Assembly: GCA_958295925.1 (NCBI GenBank)
Contig: CATQHL010000001.1
Location: 152,676 to 216,675 of the forward strand
Length of the DNA: 64,000 bases
Reading direction: 5' to 3'
DNA from: an uncultured Acidimicrobiales bacterium
GTDB taxonomy: Bacteria; Actinomycetota; Acidimicrobiia; Acidimicrobiales; CATQHL01
Positions 1 to 9,839 of the stretch are shown piece by piece (positions within the stretch are counted from its first letter, which is position 1; the number at the start of each line of letters is the position of its first letter). A program made the position numbers and the translations under genes. The notes under the pieces are model-generated. The model searched no databases. It was not told the origin of the DNA and worked only from the letters and a program-made list of their open reading frames with translations.

Positions 1-56
1 CCCCTGGGAAGGCGTCTCTCGTCGACATGCCTGCGATAATAGCCAAGAGTAGCAGG

Positions 57-851
57 CTAGGGGGGATTATTTCCGGAAGCCTCCCAAAACAACGGTCGCT
101 GTTCGAACAGGGTCTTGCCCAGGCGCACCATGTTCGACCCCTCGGCAACCGCCAACTCCCAGTCGCTGCTGATGCCCATGCTGCGTACCGGCAGCTCAAG
201 GGAGTCAGCCAGCCTTCTGAGGGCGCCGAATTCCTCCCTGACCTCCCCAGGCGGGCCTGGCAATGCCATCGTCATGAGGCCCTTGACTGAGAGCCCCAGA
301 TCAAGCGATTGCTCCAGAAGCAGCGGGGCCTCTTCGAACAGACATCCGCCCCGACCTGCCACATGCCGGGAGGAAACCTGAAGCAGCACGGAGGCGCCTG
401 GGGCCCTTCGTGCTATCTCGGCCGCAACGCCCCGACGCCAGACGCTCTGCCAGACGCTCACCGATCCCGCAATCCTGCGCACTTTGTTGCTTTGCAGGTT
501 CCCTATGAAATGCCATCGTGGCCCCGGGGCGTCCTCGCTGCAAGCTTGGGTTCGCATCGTCTCCGAGAACGCGGCCGCCTTGTGCATGAACTCGTCGGAA
601 TAGTTCTCGCCGAGGTCTTCAATGCCCGAGCGGAAGGCTGCGAGGGCCTCCTCGACGGTGCGGCCCTTGGTGGCCGCGACGATTCTGATGCCCGAAGGGT
701 CGGCACCCAGATCGGCCATGCGGTTGCGTACCCGCTCGAGGTTGGCCGTGAAGACTGGCTTCAATCGCTCTTCCAGACTGCTAGCGCGTGCCGCTGCTTC
801 TCTTTGCGGGCCCTGTGCGAGAACCAGCGGGAGTCCTCGCAGGAAGTGCAT
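57..851 (-). CDS. yggS: YggS-family pyridoxal-phosphate homeostasis protein (PLPBP, alanine-racemase-like fold)
   Basis: The translation has YggS hallmarks (IRIVAATKGRTVEE, WHFIGNLQSNKV). It lies downstream of ftsZ-pgeF, as in many Gram-positives. The longest ORF overlaps the pgeF 3' end, so the true start is probably internal (for example TTG at 764). Confidence 0.85.
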   Translation of the reverse strand: MHFLRGLPLVLAQGPQREAAARASSLEERLKPVFTANLERVRNRMADLGADPSGIRIVAATKGRTVEEALAAFRSGIEDLGENYSDEFMHKAAAFSETMRTQACSEDAPGPRWHFIGNLQSNKVRRIAGSVSVWQSVWRRGVAAEIARRAPGASVLLQVSSRHVAGRGGCLFEEAPLLLEQSLDLGLSVKGLMTMALPGPPGEVREEFGALRRLADSLELPVRSMGISSDWELAVAEGSNMVRLGKTLFEQRPLFWEASGNNPP

Positions 852-1420
852 GCGCCAGCTTCGCTGATGTCTGTCACCCCTTCTTTGCGAAGGGCGCTCT
901 TTGCCATCTCAGGCAGGGAAAGGGCGGGCGATCCCCATGCTGTCTCGGAGCGCACGGCATGCCCGAACCGGCTTGCGAACCTCTCAATCAGGGAAGCGTC
1001 GAACTCGTAGCACTCCGGATGGATGCACGGGCCTATGAAGGCCTCCAGCCTCCTCGCACCCAGGCCGCGGGCCGAGTTCACTGCGGCTTCAACCACCCCG
1101 GCTGCGATGCCCCTCCATCCGGCGTGAATCACTCCGAGCACCCCCTCGGGGGAGACCAGGGAGACTGGGGCGCAGTCGGCCACCCTCACCGAGATGACAG
1201 CGCCCGCAGCGTCGGTAACCGCCGAGTCGGCCTCGAAAGGTTGTTGCCTGCCGGCTTCCCCCACTACCTGGGCACGAGCGCCGTGACGCTGGCGGAGCGC
1301 CGTCCACGGAAGGTCTACGACTTTTCTCCGCCTCTCAGCCAAGCCGGGTGAATCGGAAAAGTCGCCCTCGGACCGGCTTGTAAATCTGATCTGGGCTGTG
1401 AGACCGTTTTCCAGCGGCAA
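761..1420 (-). CDS. pgeF: Peptidoglycan editing factor PgeF / YfiH (DUF152 laccase-domain protein)
   Basis: Motifs SVRVADCAPV, GVIHAGWRG and IGPCIHPECYEF are present. The position directly after ftsZ is conserved. Confidence 0.85.
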   Translation of the reverse strand: MPLENGLTAQIRFTSRSEGDFSDSPGLAERRRKVVDLPWTALRQRHGARAQVVGEAGRQQPFEADSAVTDAAGAVISVRVADCAPVSLVSPEGVLGVIHAGWRGIAAGVVEAAVNSARGLGARRLEAFIGPCIHPECYEFDASLIERFASRFGHAVRSETAWGSPALSLPEMAKSALRKEGVTDISEAGACTSCEDSRWFSHRARKEKQRHALAVWKSD

Positions 1421-1446
1421 GGAAAGGGCGATGCAGCCCGCATCGG

Positions 1447-2532
1447 CTATCGGAGGAATGAGGGAAGTTCCAGATCGTCCTCTAGTTCCGGTTCCACGGC
1501 TGGCGACCGTTCCGCGAAGGGGTCAGGCAAGTCCTCAATATGTCCCGCTTCACGTGCACTGGTCGGCGCCTGGGTTCGTTTTCCGTCCCAGCGCTCGAAT
1601 CCCGCCGCTATGACAGTCACCCGCATGCTCTCCCCGAGGCTGTCGTCGATGACAGTCCCGAAGATTATGTTGGCGTCGTCGTGCGACATCGCAGCAACGG
1701 CTTCCGCCGCCGAGGTGACCTCTTTGAGGCTCATCTGGGAATTGCCGGAGATTGTCAGAAGGAGACCGCGTGCCCCTTCCAGAGAGGCCTCGAGCAGAGG
1801 GGACGACACCGCCCTGCGGGCTGCGTTGACCGCCCTTTCCTCACCGCTCGAAACCCCCACCCCCATGAGCGCCGAGCCGGCGTCCTTGAGAATTGTGCGA
1901 ACGTCGGCAAAGTCTGTGTTTATCAGCCCCGGCGTTGTTATCAGATCGGTTATTCCCTGCACGCCCTGCAGGAGCACGTCGTCAGCAAGCTGGAAGGCAT
2001 CGAGCAGCGAGGTTCCCTCGGGCACCTCGCTCAGGAGCCGGTCGTTGGGAATTACGATTTGCGTGTCGACCTTCTCCTTGAGGGCGTTGATGCCCCTGTC
2101 GGCCTGCATTGCCCGCTTGCGCCCTTCGAACCGGAACGGTCGTGTAACAACGCCTATGGTGAGGGCCCCGAGCTCACGGGCGATCTCGGCGATCACCGGC
2201 GCGGCGCCCGTACCGGTGCCTCCGCCTTCACCTGCGGTTATGAACACCATGTCCGAGCCGTCTATGGCCTGGCGGATTTGCTCCTCCGCCGCCTTCGCAG
2301 CCGTCTCCCCCACGTCAGGGTCGCTTCCAGCTCCAAGGCCATGCGTGAACTCACGCCCGATATCTATCTTGATGTCGGCATCGCTCATCAAGAGAGTCTG
2401 CGCGTCGGTGTTTACAGCCACGAACTCGACTCCCCGCAGGTTTGCCTCGATCATGCGGTTAAGGGCGTTGACTCCCCCACCACCTACGCCGACTATTCGA
2501 ATTACTGCCAGGTATTGATGTGCGGTATTCAC
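1447..2532 (-). CDS. ftsZ: Cell division protein FtsZ
   Basis: Tubulin signature VGVGGGGVNALNRM and GGGTGTGAAPVIAEIA. I set the start at GTG 2532, which follows a GAAGGAAAC Shine-Dalgarno. The ORF track extends to a TTG at 2610, which would add a non-FtsZ-like leader. Confidence 0.95.
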   Translation of the reverse strand: MNTAHQYLAVIRIVGVGGGGVNALNRMIEANLRGVEFVAVNTDAQTLLMSDADIKIDIGREFTHGLGAGSDPDVGETAAKAAEEQIRQAIDGSDMVFITAGEGGGTGTGAAPVIAEIARELGALTIGVVTRPFRFEGRKRAMQADRGINALKEKVDTQIVIPNDRLLSEVPEGTSLLDAFQLADDVLLQGVQGITDLITTPGLINTDFADVRTILKDAGSALMGVGVSSGEERAVNAARRAVSSPLLEASLEGARGLLLTISGNSQMSLKEVTSAAEAVAAMSHDDANIIFGTVIDDSLGESMRVTVIAAGFERWDGKRTQAPTSAREAGHIEDLPDPFAERSPAVEPELEDDLELPSFLR

Positions 2533-2737
2533 GTTCTTGTTTCCTTCGACTAGTTGGGGCACAGTTTGTATTTTGCATATTGGCGTGCCAATCGCATACT
2601 GACGTGCCAATCAAGTTTAGGACATCCACCGTTTCAATTGGTGATTAGCCCAAAACCTTTTAGTTAAACTTGATAGTTAGAGTTAAAATTAGGGTTATGT
2701 AAGGATACAGTGCTTTGCTTTAATGTGCAGAGTCATC

Positions 2738-3589
2738 CTATCTGCAGTCAGCCGTTCGTGTCAATACCGGTGCGGCAGCGGCACGGACATCGATTTTTTC
2801 AAGGCAACGCAAGTCAACCTGGGTTATGAATGCCTCCACCGTGTTCAATTTCTCGCCGACGTTTCGGCTGTCCCCGAGTAACACGTAACCAGCTATGTTG
2901 AGATCCAACACTAAACCCTCATGTTCAACTTTGATTGCCCTCACGTGACCCTTCAGTGATTCATCCATCGCCCCGGCAACGCTCAAGGGTCCTTTCAGGT
3001 GGGTCATCTCCAGCCACTCCCCCGGTTGGGGGGGCTCCATCCAGAGACCTTCCACAGCCGGCAGCCCCTGAGTCAATTCGGAGTTGAGCTCGAGAACGCG
3101 TCCGTGTCCATCGATGGTCGCCCACGCCCCTGGGACTGCCAGCGCAGCCACCGGGGTTCTTTCGGTGATAGCAAAGCTCACGTCGCCCGACCAGTTGCGC
3201 TCGCTGCGCACGGACTCAACCCAGGGGAACTCCAAAATGCTTGCTTTGGCTTCATCCAGGTTCAGGCCCAGCAAGGCGTCCCCTGGCACGATTCCCGATG
3301 CCTCCAGGATGGAGTCGGCGTTAATCCGATTTACGCCGCTCACACCCAGGGAGTCCACGTCCATGTAGCTGCTCTGGCTGAACCAGAACAGGAAAGCCGC
3401 TGTTGCGCCCAATATGGCCAGCGTCAAGAGTGTGATCTGACGTCTTGCAAGGGGATCCCGGGTGCTTCTCGCAGTTGTCCCCGTCGCTGTCTTGGCGGTT
3501 TGGTTCGCCTCGTCGGGATTTCCTTCCGGCCTCTTGGCGGGCGTCCGCACGTGAGGTGCTCCGAGGGGGGGTGCGTGGATGGTTGTCAT
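2738..3589 (-). CDS. ftsQ: Cell division protein FtsQ (POTRA domain)
   Basis: A single TM segment (LLTLAILGATAAFLFWF) is followed by a POTRA-like region (VSGVNRINADSILEASGI ... FPWVESVRSER). I set the start at ATG 3589, which overlaps the murB stop (ATGA). The longest ORF reaches 3622. Confidence 0.8.
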   Translation of the reverse strand: MTTIHAPPLGAPHVRTPAKRPEGNPDEANQTAKTATGTTARSTRDPLARRQITLLTLAILGATAAFLFWFSQSSYMDVDSLGVSGVNRINADSILEASGIVPGDALLGLNLDEAKASILEFPWVESVRSERNWSGDVSFAITERTPVAALAVPGAWATIDGHGRVLELNSELTQGLPAVEGLWMEPPQPGEWLEMTHLKGPLSVAGAMDESLKGHVRAIKVEHEGLVLDLNIAGYVLLGDSRNVGEKLNTVEAFITQVDLRCLEKIDVRAAAAPVLTRTADCR

Positions 3590-4554
3590 GTCGACTCCCT
3601 TTCGCTCAGGAATTCCTGCCAAGGCGAGTCAAACCCCGCCAGCCGCGTCTCCGGTATGAGTGTCACGTTGCTTCTTTGCTTCACTGCGCAGGCCACCTCG
3701 GCCATGAGATGCAGGACGTCGTCAGCCGATCCCCCTGAATCTGCGATGATGAAGTTGGCGTGCTTGGGTGACACGACAGCGCAACCGAAGCGCATGCCCT
3801 TACAGCCCGCTTCGTCTATGAGCCTCCCGGCTGAGTCACCCTCGGGGTTCATAAACACAGACCCCGCGTTGCTTCCCCCCGGCTGATTGACGCGCCTCCA
3901 GCGCACGACGGAGGCCAGCACCTCTTTCTCGGTTCCCGGATCGCTTGGCCGGAGCCCGAAGACGGCTTCGGCCAGCACCATTTGGCGACTCACTGCGGAA
4001 CGCCTGTACCCAAGCCGGAGTTCCCGCTTTGTCAAGGTGAATGCGCTGCCTGAGAGGAGGTCGACGCCGGAAACCGAGAGCAGCACCTCAGCGATGTCCG
4101 ATCCGTGTCCGCCGGCGTTCATGCGCACCGCACCGCCCACGCTTCCCGGAACCCCTACCGCCCAGCTGAAACCCCCGAGTCCCGCTGAGGCCGCCATTCT
4201 GGCTGCTGCGGGCATGGTCAGGGCGGCCCCCGCCGTGACTCTGGAGCCTTCGATGCGACAGCCTGCGAACGCTTCCCCGAGGCGAATTGCCAGACCCTCG
4301 AAACCCTTGTCGCTGATGAGAAGGTTTGAGCCGCGCCCGATTGCCAGGATGGGCATTTCACTGAAGCGCGACGTGATCCGCGCCAGGCTCGCGAGGTCGT
4401 CGTGGCTGCCCGCCTCAACAAAAAGTCTTGCCGCCCCGCCCACCCTGTAGGTGGTCATCGGCCCTAGGGGCTTATCGAGACGGACGCTGCTGACGCTCAT
4501 GGAGTCACGCAGCTGCCCGGCCAAGTGCTTCCAGTCGATGGCAGGGGGCGTCAT
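3586..4554 (-). CDS. murB: UDP-N-acetylenolpyruvoylglucosamine reductase MurB
   Basis: FAD-binding N-terminus (TTYRVGGAARLFVE, GRGSNLL) and a MurB C-terminal domain (GSVFMNP, SPKHANFI). I set the start at ATG 4554, which overlaps the murC stop. The longest ORF reaches 4620. Confidence 0.9.
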   Translation of the reverse strand: MTPPAIDWKHLAGQLRDSMSVSSVRLDKPLGPMTTYRVGGAARLFVEAGSHDDLASLARITSRFSEMPILAIGRGSNLLISDKGFEGLAIRLGEAFAGCRIEGSRVTAGAALTMPAAARMAASAGLGGFSWAVGVPGSVGGAVRMNAGGHGSDIAEVLLSVSGVDLLSGSAFTLTKRELRLGYRRSAVSRQMVLAEAVFGLRPSDPGTEKEVLASVVRWRRVNQPGGSNAGSVFMNPEGDSAGRLIDEAGCKGMRFGCAVVSPKHANFIIADSGGSADDVLHLMAEVACAVKQRSNVTLIPETRLAGFDSPWQEFLSEREST

Positions 4555-5939
4555 CGTTCCAGGCGGGCCATGAGCTCGTCGGGCAGCGTCGTCAAGTCGC
4601 CTGCGTTCAGTGTGAGGCATACGTCGCCCGGTGAGAGTTCCCGGCGAAGGTGCTCAATCAGGTCCCGGCGGTGCGGGAACCACCCCGCCCTCTTGCGAGG
4701 CTCGGCCCCCAACAGGGCGTCGAGCACGAGCTTTCCGCTGACCCCGGGCAGGGGTTTCTCCCCGGCACCGTAGATGTCGGTTATAACGACGAAGTCGGCG
4801 TCCTTAAAGGAATTTGCGAAGTCTCTGTGAAGGTGTGAGATGCGGCTGAACCGATGGGGTTGAAAGACGCACACGACCCGATCCCATTCCCCAGCCCTAG
4901 CCGTTTGAAGCACCCTTTCGACTTCACCCGGGAGGTGCGCGTAATCGTCGATGAACGTCACCCCCCTGGCCGCTCCCCGAAACTCGTATCGCCGGGAGAC
5001 CCCGCCGAAGCTCTCGAGGATTCGGGCGCTCGTCTGAATCGGGACTCCAAGCTCCCTGGCGCATGCGGCCGCGCAGGTTGCGTTGAGCGCGTTGTGAAGC
5101 CCCGGCTGCGGAAGTCGAAGGCGTGCACGCCCCCCGGAGGACTCCAAAATCGTGAACTCGACCGCTGAGCGCCCCAGGGCGGCTTCCACCACACGCAGGT
5201 CGGCGCCCTCCGAGCATCCGTAGGTGAGAACCCCCTGACGCCCGGCTGCGTAGCTTCTCCCCCACTCCTCATCGGCGAAAACGAGTCTGAAGCCGGCAAC
5301 ACTCTCGAGGAACTCTGCGAAGGACGCCCGGAAGGTCTCCTCCGTGCCGTAGTAGGAAAGGTGATCGACGTCGGTGCTGGTGACAACGGCTGCCTCAGGT
5401 GCGAGGGAAAGGAACGTCCCGTCGCTCTCGTCTGCCTCAACCACCAGCCAAGGCCCTTCGCCCCAGAGGGCGCCGCTTCCGATCTCGTTTACCTCCCCTC
5501 CCACCAGAAAGGAAGGATCAAGGCCAGCCTCGCGCAGTATGAGCCCCAGCATCGACGTCGTGGTGGTCTTTCCGTGGGTGCCTGCAATGGCCAGTGTGCG
5601 ACGAAGCCGGCAAACCGCCGCAAGCACCTCGGCGCGCGAAAACACCGGGATCCCGGCGTCGCGCGCCGCTGCCACCTCCAAGTTGGAGTCCCCGACTGCG
5701 CTCGAGCGCGTCACGATGTCGGGCAGGCGTCCGCCTGCCCCGCGGATGTTTTCACGGCGGTGGCCGATCTCCACCCCTATGCCATCGGCGGCGAGACGAT
5801 CTGTCACCGGTGAGGCTTTCAGATCAGATCCGCTGACGTGGTGGCCTGTGGCCGACAGGACCGTGGCAAGGGTGCTCATGCCCGCTCCCCCGATTCCTAC
5901 GACGTGAACGCTTTGCGGAAATGAGAGGTCGACCGTCAT
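4551..5939 (-). CDS. murC: UDP-N-acetylmuramate--L-alanine ligase MurC
   Basis: VHVVGIGGAGMSTLA N-terminus, AGTHGKTTTTSM P-loop and Mur ligase middle and C-terminal domains. Confidence 0.95.
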   Translation of the reverse strand: MTVDLSFPQSVHVVGIGGAGMSTLATVLSATGHHVSGSDLKASPVTDRLAADGIGVEIGHRRENIRGAGGRLPDIVTRSSAVGDSNLEVAAARDAGIPVFSRAEVLAAVCRLRRTLAIAGTHGKTTTTSMLGLILREAGLDPSFLVGGEVNEIGSGALWGEGPWLVVEADESDGTFLSLAPEAAVVTSTDVDHLSYYGTEETFRASFAEFLESVAGFRLVFADEEWGRSYAAGRQGVLTYGCSEGADLRVVEAALGRSAVEFTILESSGGRARLRLPQPGLHNALNATCAAACARELGVPIQTSARILESFGGVSRRYEFRGAARGVTFIDDYAHLPGEVERVLQTARAGEWDRVVCVFQPHRFSRISHLHRDFANSFKDADFVVITDIYGAGEKPLPGVSGKLVLDALLGAEPRKRAGWFPHRRDLIEHLRRELSPGDVCLTLNAGDLTTLPDELMARLER

Positions 5940-7183
5940 TGCTTTGCGTGCTCCTCGAGTAGATCGGCCAGATCATCTGCTGCATGGGGGCGGGCGAGGG
6001 TGGCTGACGCCTCGCTCATTTTCTCGAGCCGGGCGGCGTCGCTGATCAGTTCCCCCAGGGCTGATGCCAGCGTTTCCGCGCTGAGGTCACCCTCCTCGAG
6101 GAGGACGGAGGCGCCGCTTTCAACGTATGCCCTGGCGTTGGCGTGCTGGTGGCCCTCGGCGGCAGAGGACAGGGGAATCAGCAGGGAGGGGCGCGCTGCT
6201 GCGGCCAGTTCGGCCAGCGCCCCTCCCCCGGCTCGTGAGAGCACGATCTCGGAGGCAGCCAGGGCAGTGGCCATGTCGTCTTCGAACGGGAGAATCCGGT
6301 AGTGGCGGCTCACAGGCTGAGGCCGGCTCCAGTCCTCTTCCCGCCAAGCCCTGGGGCCCACCACGTGGCGGATGGCGACGTCCCCGCTCGCAAGCAGCCG
6401 CCCAGCGGCTTCACGAGTCGCAGCGTTTATGCTCGCCGAGCCAAGGGAGCCGCCCAGTACCAGGATCAAACGGCGCTCCTGCGGCAGCCCCAGTGCTGCT
6501 TTGGCAGCCTGCCTCGAGTCGGGGGTGAGTGCGGCTTCGCCTTCCGGGGCGCTGTTTGCGGCCCGTCGCCTCAACGGGCCTTTCAGATGCTCGACGCGCT
6601 CGGGGCTGTCGGCTAGCGCTGCGATTTCCGGGCGAACCGGCGTGCCTGTAAGCACCTGGCGGGGAAGCCCTGTCCCGGAAAAGGCGACGGCGCAGGCGCG
6701 CGCCCGGCGCGAAGCCAGGCGCGAAGCCAGGCCCGCGGCTGCGTTGGCCTCAAAGACCACGCTCGGGATGCCCCGCAGGCGAGCGGCGACGGCGCAGGAC
6801 GCGCTCACGTACCCGCCCTGCAGAAGCATCACGGCGGGCCTCAGACGCCCCAGCAGGCGCCACGCCACCCATGCGCCGTGCAGGATGGAGGCAGCGGTGG
6901 CCAGGAACGAGAGGGAAGCCTTGCGCGCCAGCCCCTTCCCGGGAATCGTTGCGTGGGGATAGCCCGCATCTTCCAGGAGGTGAGCGTCCGCCCCCTTTTC
7001 GCTCACGAAGAAGAGCACCTCGCTGCGGCTGCGTCCCCGACCCACGAGGGTCTCGGCGACTGCGAGACCTGGGATGATGTGGCCTGCCGTGCCGCCGCCT
7101 GCCATTACGGCCCAGGTCCCGGCTTGAGCCTGGCCGCCAAGCCGCCGCTCGGTCTGCGTCCTGCGCAACATTGTTCGCCTCAT
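5936..7183 (-). CDS. murG: Lipid II-forming N-acetylglucosaminyl transferase MurG
   Basis: AGGGTAGHIIPGLAVAE G-loop and a GT28 C-terminal domain (LSRAGGGALAELAA). Confidence 0.92.
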   Translation of the reverse strand: MRRTMLRRTQTERRLGGQAQAGTWAVMAGGGTAGHIIPGLAVAETLVGRGRSRSEVLFFVSEKGADAHLLEDAGYPHATIPGKGLARKASLSFLATAASILHGAWVAWRLLGRLRPAVMLLQGGYVSASCAVAARLRGIPSVVFEANAAAGLASRLASRRARACAVAFSGTGLPRQVLTGTPVRPEIAALADSPERVEHLKGPLRRRAANSAPEGEAALTPDSRQAAKAALGLPQERRLILVLGGSLGSASINAATREAAGRLLASGDVAIRHVVGPRAWREEDWSRPQPVSRHYRILPFEDDMATALAASEIVLSRAGGGALAELAAAARPSLLIPLSSAAEGHQHANARAYVESGASVLLEEGDLSAETLASALGELISDAARLEKMSEASATLARPHAADDLADLLEEHAKQ

Positions 7184-8451
7184 CGGGTGCTTGGGCGCGC
7201 CTGGCGGGCGATGTTGAGGAGGATCCCCACGGCGATGAGGTTCAACAGCAGCCCGGAGCCTCCGTAGGAGATAAACGGGAGCGGAACGCCGGTGGTGGGG
7301 GCGAGGCCAACCGCGACCGCGATGTTCATGAAACCCTGAAAGACGATCCAGGTGCTGATTCCAATGGCCAGGATGCTCCCGTAGGCGTCGGGGGCTTCCC
7401 TGGCTATCCGAATCCCCAGCACCCCGAAGAGCAGGAAGCCCAGGACGACCAGGCCCGATCCGATGAGGCCCAGCTCCTCAGCGATGATGGCGAATATGAA
7501 GTCTGAATGGGCGTAGGGCAAGTAGGCCAGGGCGGCCCGGCTGCTGCCGGGGCCCAGGCCGGTCAGCCCGCCCGAGGCGATCCCGATCTGAGCCTGGATT
7601 GTCTGGTATCCGACGTCGTAAGGGTCGGACCAGGGGTCGAAGAACGCCAGCAGGCGTGCGCGCCTGTAGGCCGTCCCCATCACGAACGCGGCCACCGTCC
7701 CAGCCCCGAGCAGGGAAAGTGCGCCAAGCTGCTTCACAGGCAGCCCCGCAATGAAGAGCATCGCCAGGAAAATCCCTGCGAGCACCAATACCGATCCCAG
7801 GCTCGGCTGAAACACGATGAGGCCTGCCAGAAGCAGGAACACGATCATGACAGGACCGAGCACATTTCGGACTCTGTGGACTTGCTTGATGCGTCGCGAC
7901 ACCACCGAGGCGGTGAAGAGAATCAGCGAGAGCTTGGCGAGCTCGGATGGCTGAAAGAACATCGGGCCTATGCGCAGCCATCGGGTGGCGCCGTTTACCG
8001 TGATGCCCATGCCCGGCACGAAAAGGGCCAGGAGCATCGCCACGGTGACAAGCATGATCGCCTTGGTGAGCATCGGCTTGCGCCATGCGTGGTAGTCGAT
8101 TCGCATGACCACCACTGCGGCAATCACGCCCAGGCACAGCCAGGCCACTTGTCGCTGGACGTGGTACCAGGCCCTGCCCACTTCGTCGATGGAGGTGACC
8201 ACCGAGGATGTGAGCACCATCACAAGCCCGAGGGCGCAGAGCAGCGCTGAAATGACGAACAGCAGCTTGAAGGAACGGGATGCCCGCCCTACCGGTGCGC
8301 CTCTAAACAGATTGCGGGGATTCCCTCCCTGACGCCTCTTTCGCCCCCCATTCTGTCTCGTTCTTCGTGTCGGGGCGGGGCGGGGCGGGGACGGGCGGGG
8401 CGCGACGCTGCGAATCACCGTGGAGCTGTGGCGATGCTCGTAGGGCCTCAC
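7180..8451 (-). CDS. ftsW: SEDS-family peptidoglycan polymerase FtsW
   Basis: Polytopic FtsW/RodA/SpoVE-type protein (QPSELAKL, PTTGVPLPFISYGGS). The GTG start overlaps the murD stop. Confidence 0.9.
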   Translation of the reverse strand: MRPYEHRHSSTVIRSVAPRPSPPRPAPTRRTRQNGGRKRRQGGNPRNLFRGAPVGRASRSFKLLFVISALLCALGLVMVLTSSVVTSIDEVGRAWYHVQRQVAWLCLGVIAAVVVMRIDYHAWRKPMLTKAIMLVTVAMLLALFVPGMGITVNGATRWLRIGPMFFQPSELAKLSLILFTASVVSRRIKQVHRVRNVLGPVMIVFLLLAGLIVFQPSLGSVLVLAGIFLAMLFIAGLPVKQLGALSLLGAGTVAAFVMGTAYRRARLLAFFDPWSDPYDVGYQTIQAQIGIASGGLTGLGPGSSRAALAYLPYAHSDFIFAIIAEELGLIGSGLVVLGFLLFGVLGIRIAREAPDAYGSILAIGISTWIVFQGFMNIAVAVGLAPTTGVPLPFISYGGSGLLLNLIAVGILLNIARQARPSTR

Positions 8452-9839
8452 TGGCGCACCAGCCTTGGAGTCTCGATCTCAAGGACGCTCCCCGGGCGGC
8501 TCGATGTTGCCAGGGCGGCTCTTACGGCTGATGAGAAGTCCTCGCCGCGCTCGCTGTAGGAGCCGTACCAGTCAAAGGAGGCGCACCCTGGAGAGAGCAG
8601 CACGGCGTCGCCCGGATTCGCAAAGTTGCCTGCGAACCCGACCGCGTCGGGCATGTCGGCGGCGACGCGCACCGGACTGCGACCCTCGAACAGCTTGGCG
8701 ACATCAAATGCAGACTCGCCGATCGCCACCACCGCACGGATCGCCTGCGGGGCGGCTAGGAGCGAGAGATCGAGCCCCTTGCTGCGTCCACCGGCAATGA
8801 GCACGACCGAGTCGAAGGCCGCCGCGGCGCTGGCGGCGGCTTCGGGCGTGGTGGCCTTGGAGTCGTTGTACCAGGCAACCCCCGCAGATTCCGCCACGAG
8901 CTCGAGGCGGTGGGGAAGACCACGAAACTCCTGCAGGGAAGAGCGCGTCTCCTCGCGCCCGGCCCCCGCCTCGATGGCGCAGGCCGCCGCGGCCGTGGCG
9001 TTCAGGAGGTCGTGGGGAAACCGTCGCCGCAGATGCTCGACCTCGATGATGAGCTCGTCGAACGCGTAGATGGCTTCGCCGTCTGTCGAGTAGTCGCTGT
9101 CAGGCCGCCCAAAGGTGCGCACCGTGGCGGTCTTGGGGCTGTGGAAGGCGACGACCCCGTCGGCTTCGTTGACAACTGCGGTGCTCCCTGGCCCGTGGTT
9201 GCGCCAGATGGCTGCCTTGGCGTTTCGGTAACTCTCCAGGCTGTCGTGAACGTCGAGGTGGTCGGGGGCGAAGTTCAGCCAGGCTGCCACCTTCGGGGAA
9301 AAGCGGCTGCTGTGCCCCAGGCGAAAGGAGGAGGCCTCCACCACGAACGCCTGCGCCCTGTCGTCTTCAATGGCGCTCACGAGCGGCAGGTCGTTGTTGC
9401 CGGCCAGGACGGCATCGAACCTCGACGCAAGGGCGTCTGCAATGATGGTGGTGACCGTGGTCTTGCCGTTGGTGCCGGTGACTGCGGCTATCGGTCGTGA
9501 GTCCCAGCTTGCCGCCAGGTCGAACTCGCTCAGGATCGGGGTTCCGCCTTCGCGCGCCAGGGCAAACAGCGGATGCCTCTCCGGAAGCCCCGGTGTAGGC
9601 AGAGCCGCCCCGCAGCGCCTCAGCAGGTCTCGAATCGAATCCTCGTCGGGCGCCTCGCTGATTTTCAGACCAAGGGCATCCAGCCGCTCCCTGAGGTTCT
9701 CGTCAACCCTGTCGTCGCAGACCAGCACCTCTCCGCCGCGTCGCATGACCGCACGGGCCACGGCTTCGTTCGTGGCCCCAAAACCCCATAGCAGCATCGG
9801 CTCCCGCAGATCGGGGGAGGCGGCGCCCGCGGTCTTCAC
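8448..9839 (-). CDS. murD: UDP-N-acetylmuramoylalanine--D-glutamate ligase MurD
   Basis: AVTGTNGKTTVTT P-loop and Mur ligase domains, in the canonical position between mraY and ftsW. Confidence 0.92.
   Translation of the reverse strand: MKTAGAASPDLREPMLLWGFGATNEAVARAVMRRGGEVLVCDDRVDENLRERLDALGLKISEAPDEDSIRDLLRRCGAALPTPGLPERHPLFALAREGGTPILSEFDLAASWDSRPIAAVTGTNGKTTVTTIIADALASRFDAVLAGNNDLPLVSAIEDDRAQAFVVEASSFRLGHSSRFSPKVAAWLNFAPDHLDVHDSLESYRNAKAAIWRNHGPGSTAVVNEADGVVAFHSPKTATVRTFGRPDSDYSTDGEAIYAFDELIIEVEHLRRRFPHDLLNATAAAACAIEAGAGREETRSSLQEFRGLPHRLELVAESAGVAWYNDSKATTPEAAASAAAAFDSVVLIAGGRSKGLDLSLLAAPQAIRAVVAIGESAFDVAKLFEGRSPVRVAADMPDAVGFAGNFANPGDAVLLSPGCASFDWYGSYSERGEDFSSAVRAALATSSRPGSVLEIETPRLVRQ

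Noticed and set aside
2533-2610. The TTG start at 2610 for ftsZ (longest ORF).
   Set aside because: It would add 26 non-conserved residues encoded in AT-rich spacer DNA. GTG 2532 has a proper Shine-Dalgarno and gives the usual spacing before the LAVIRIVGVGGGG motif.
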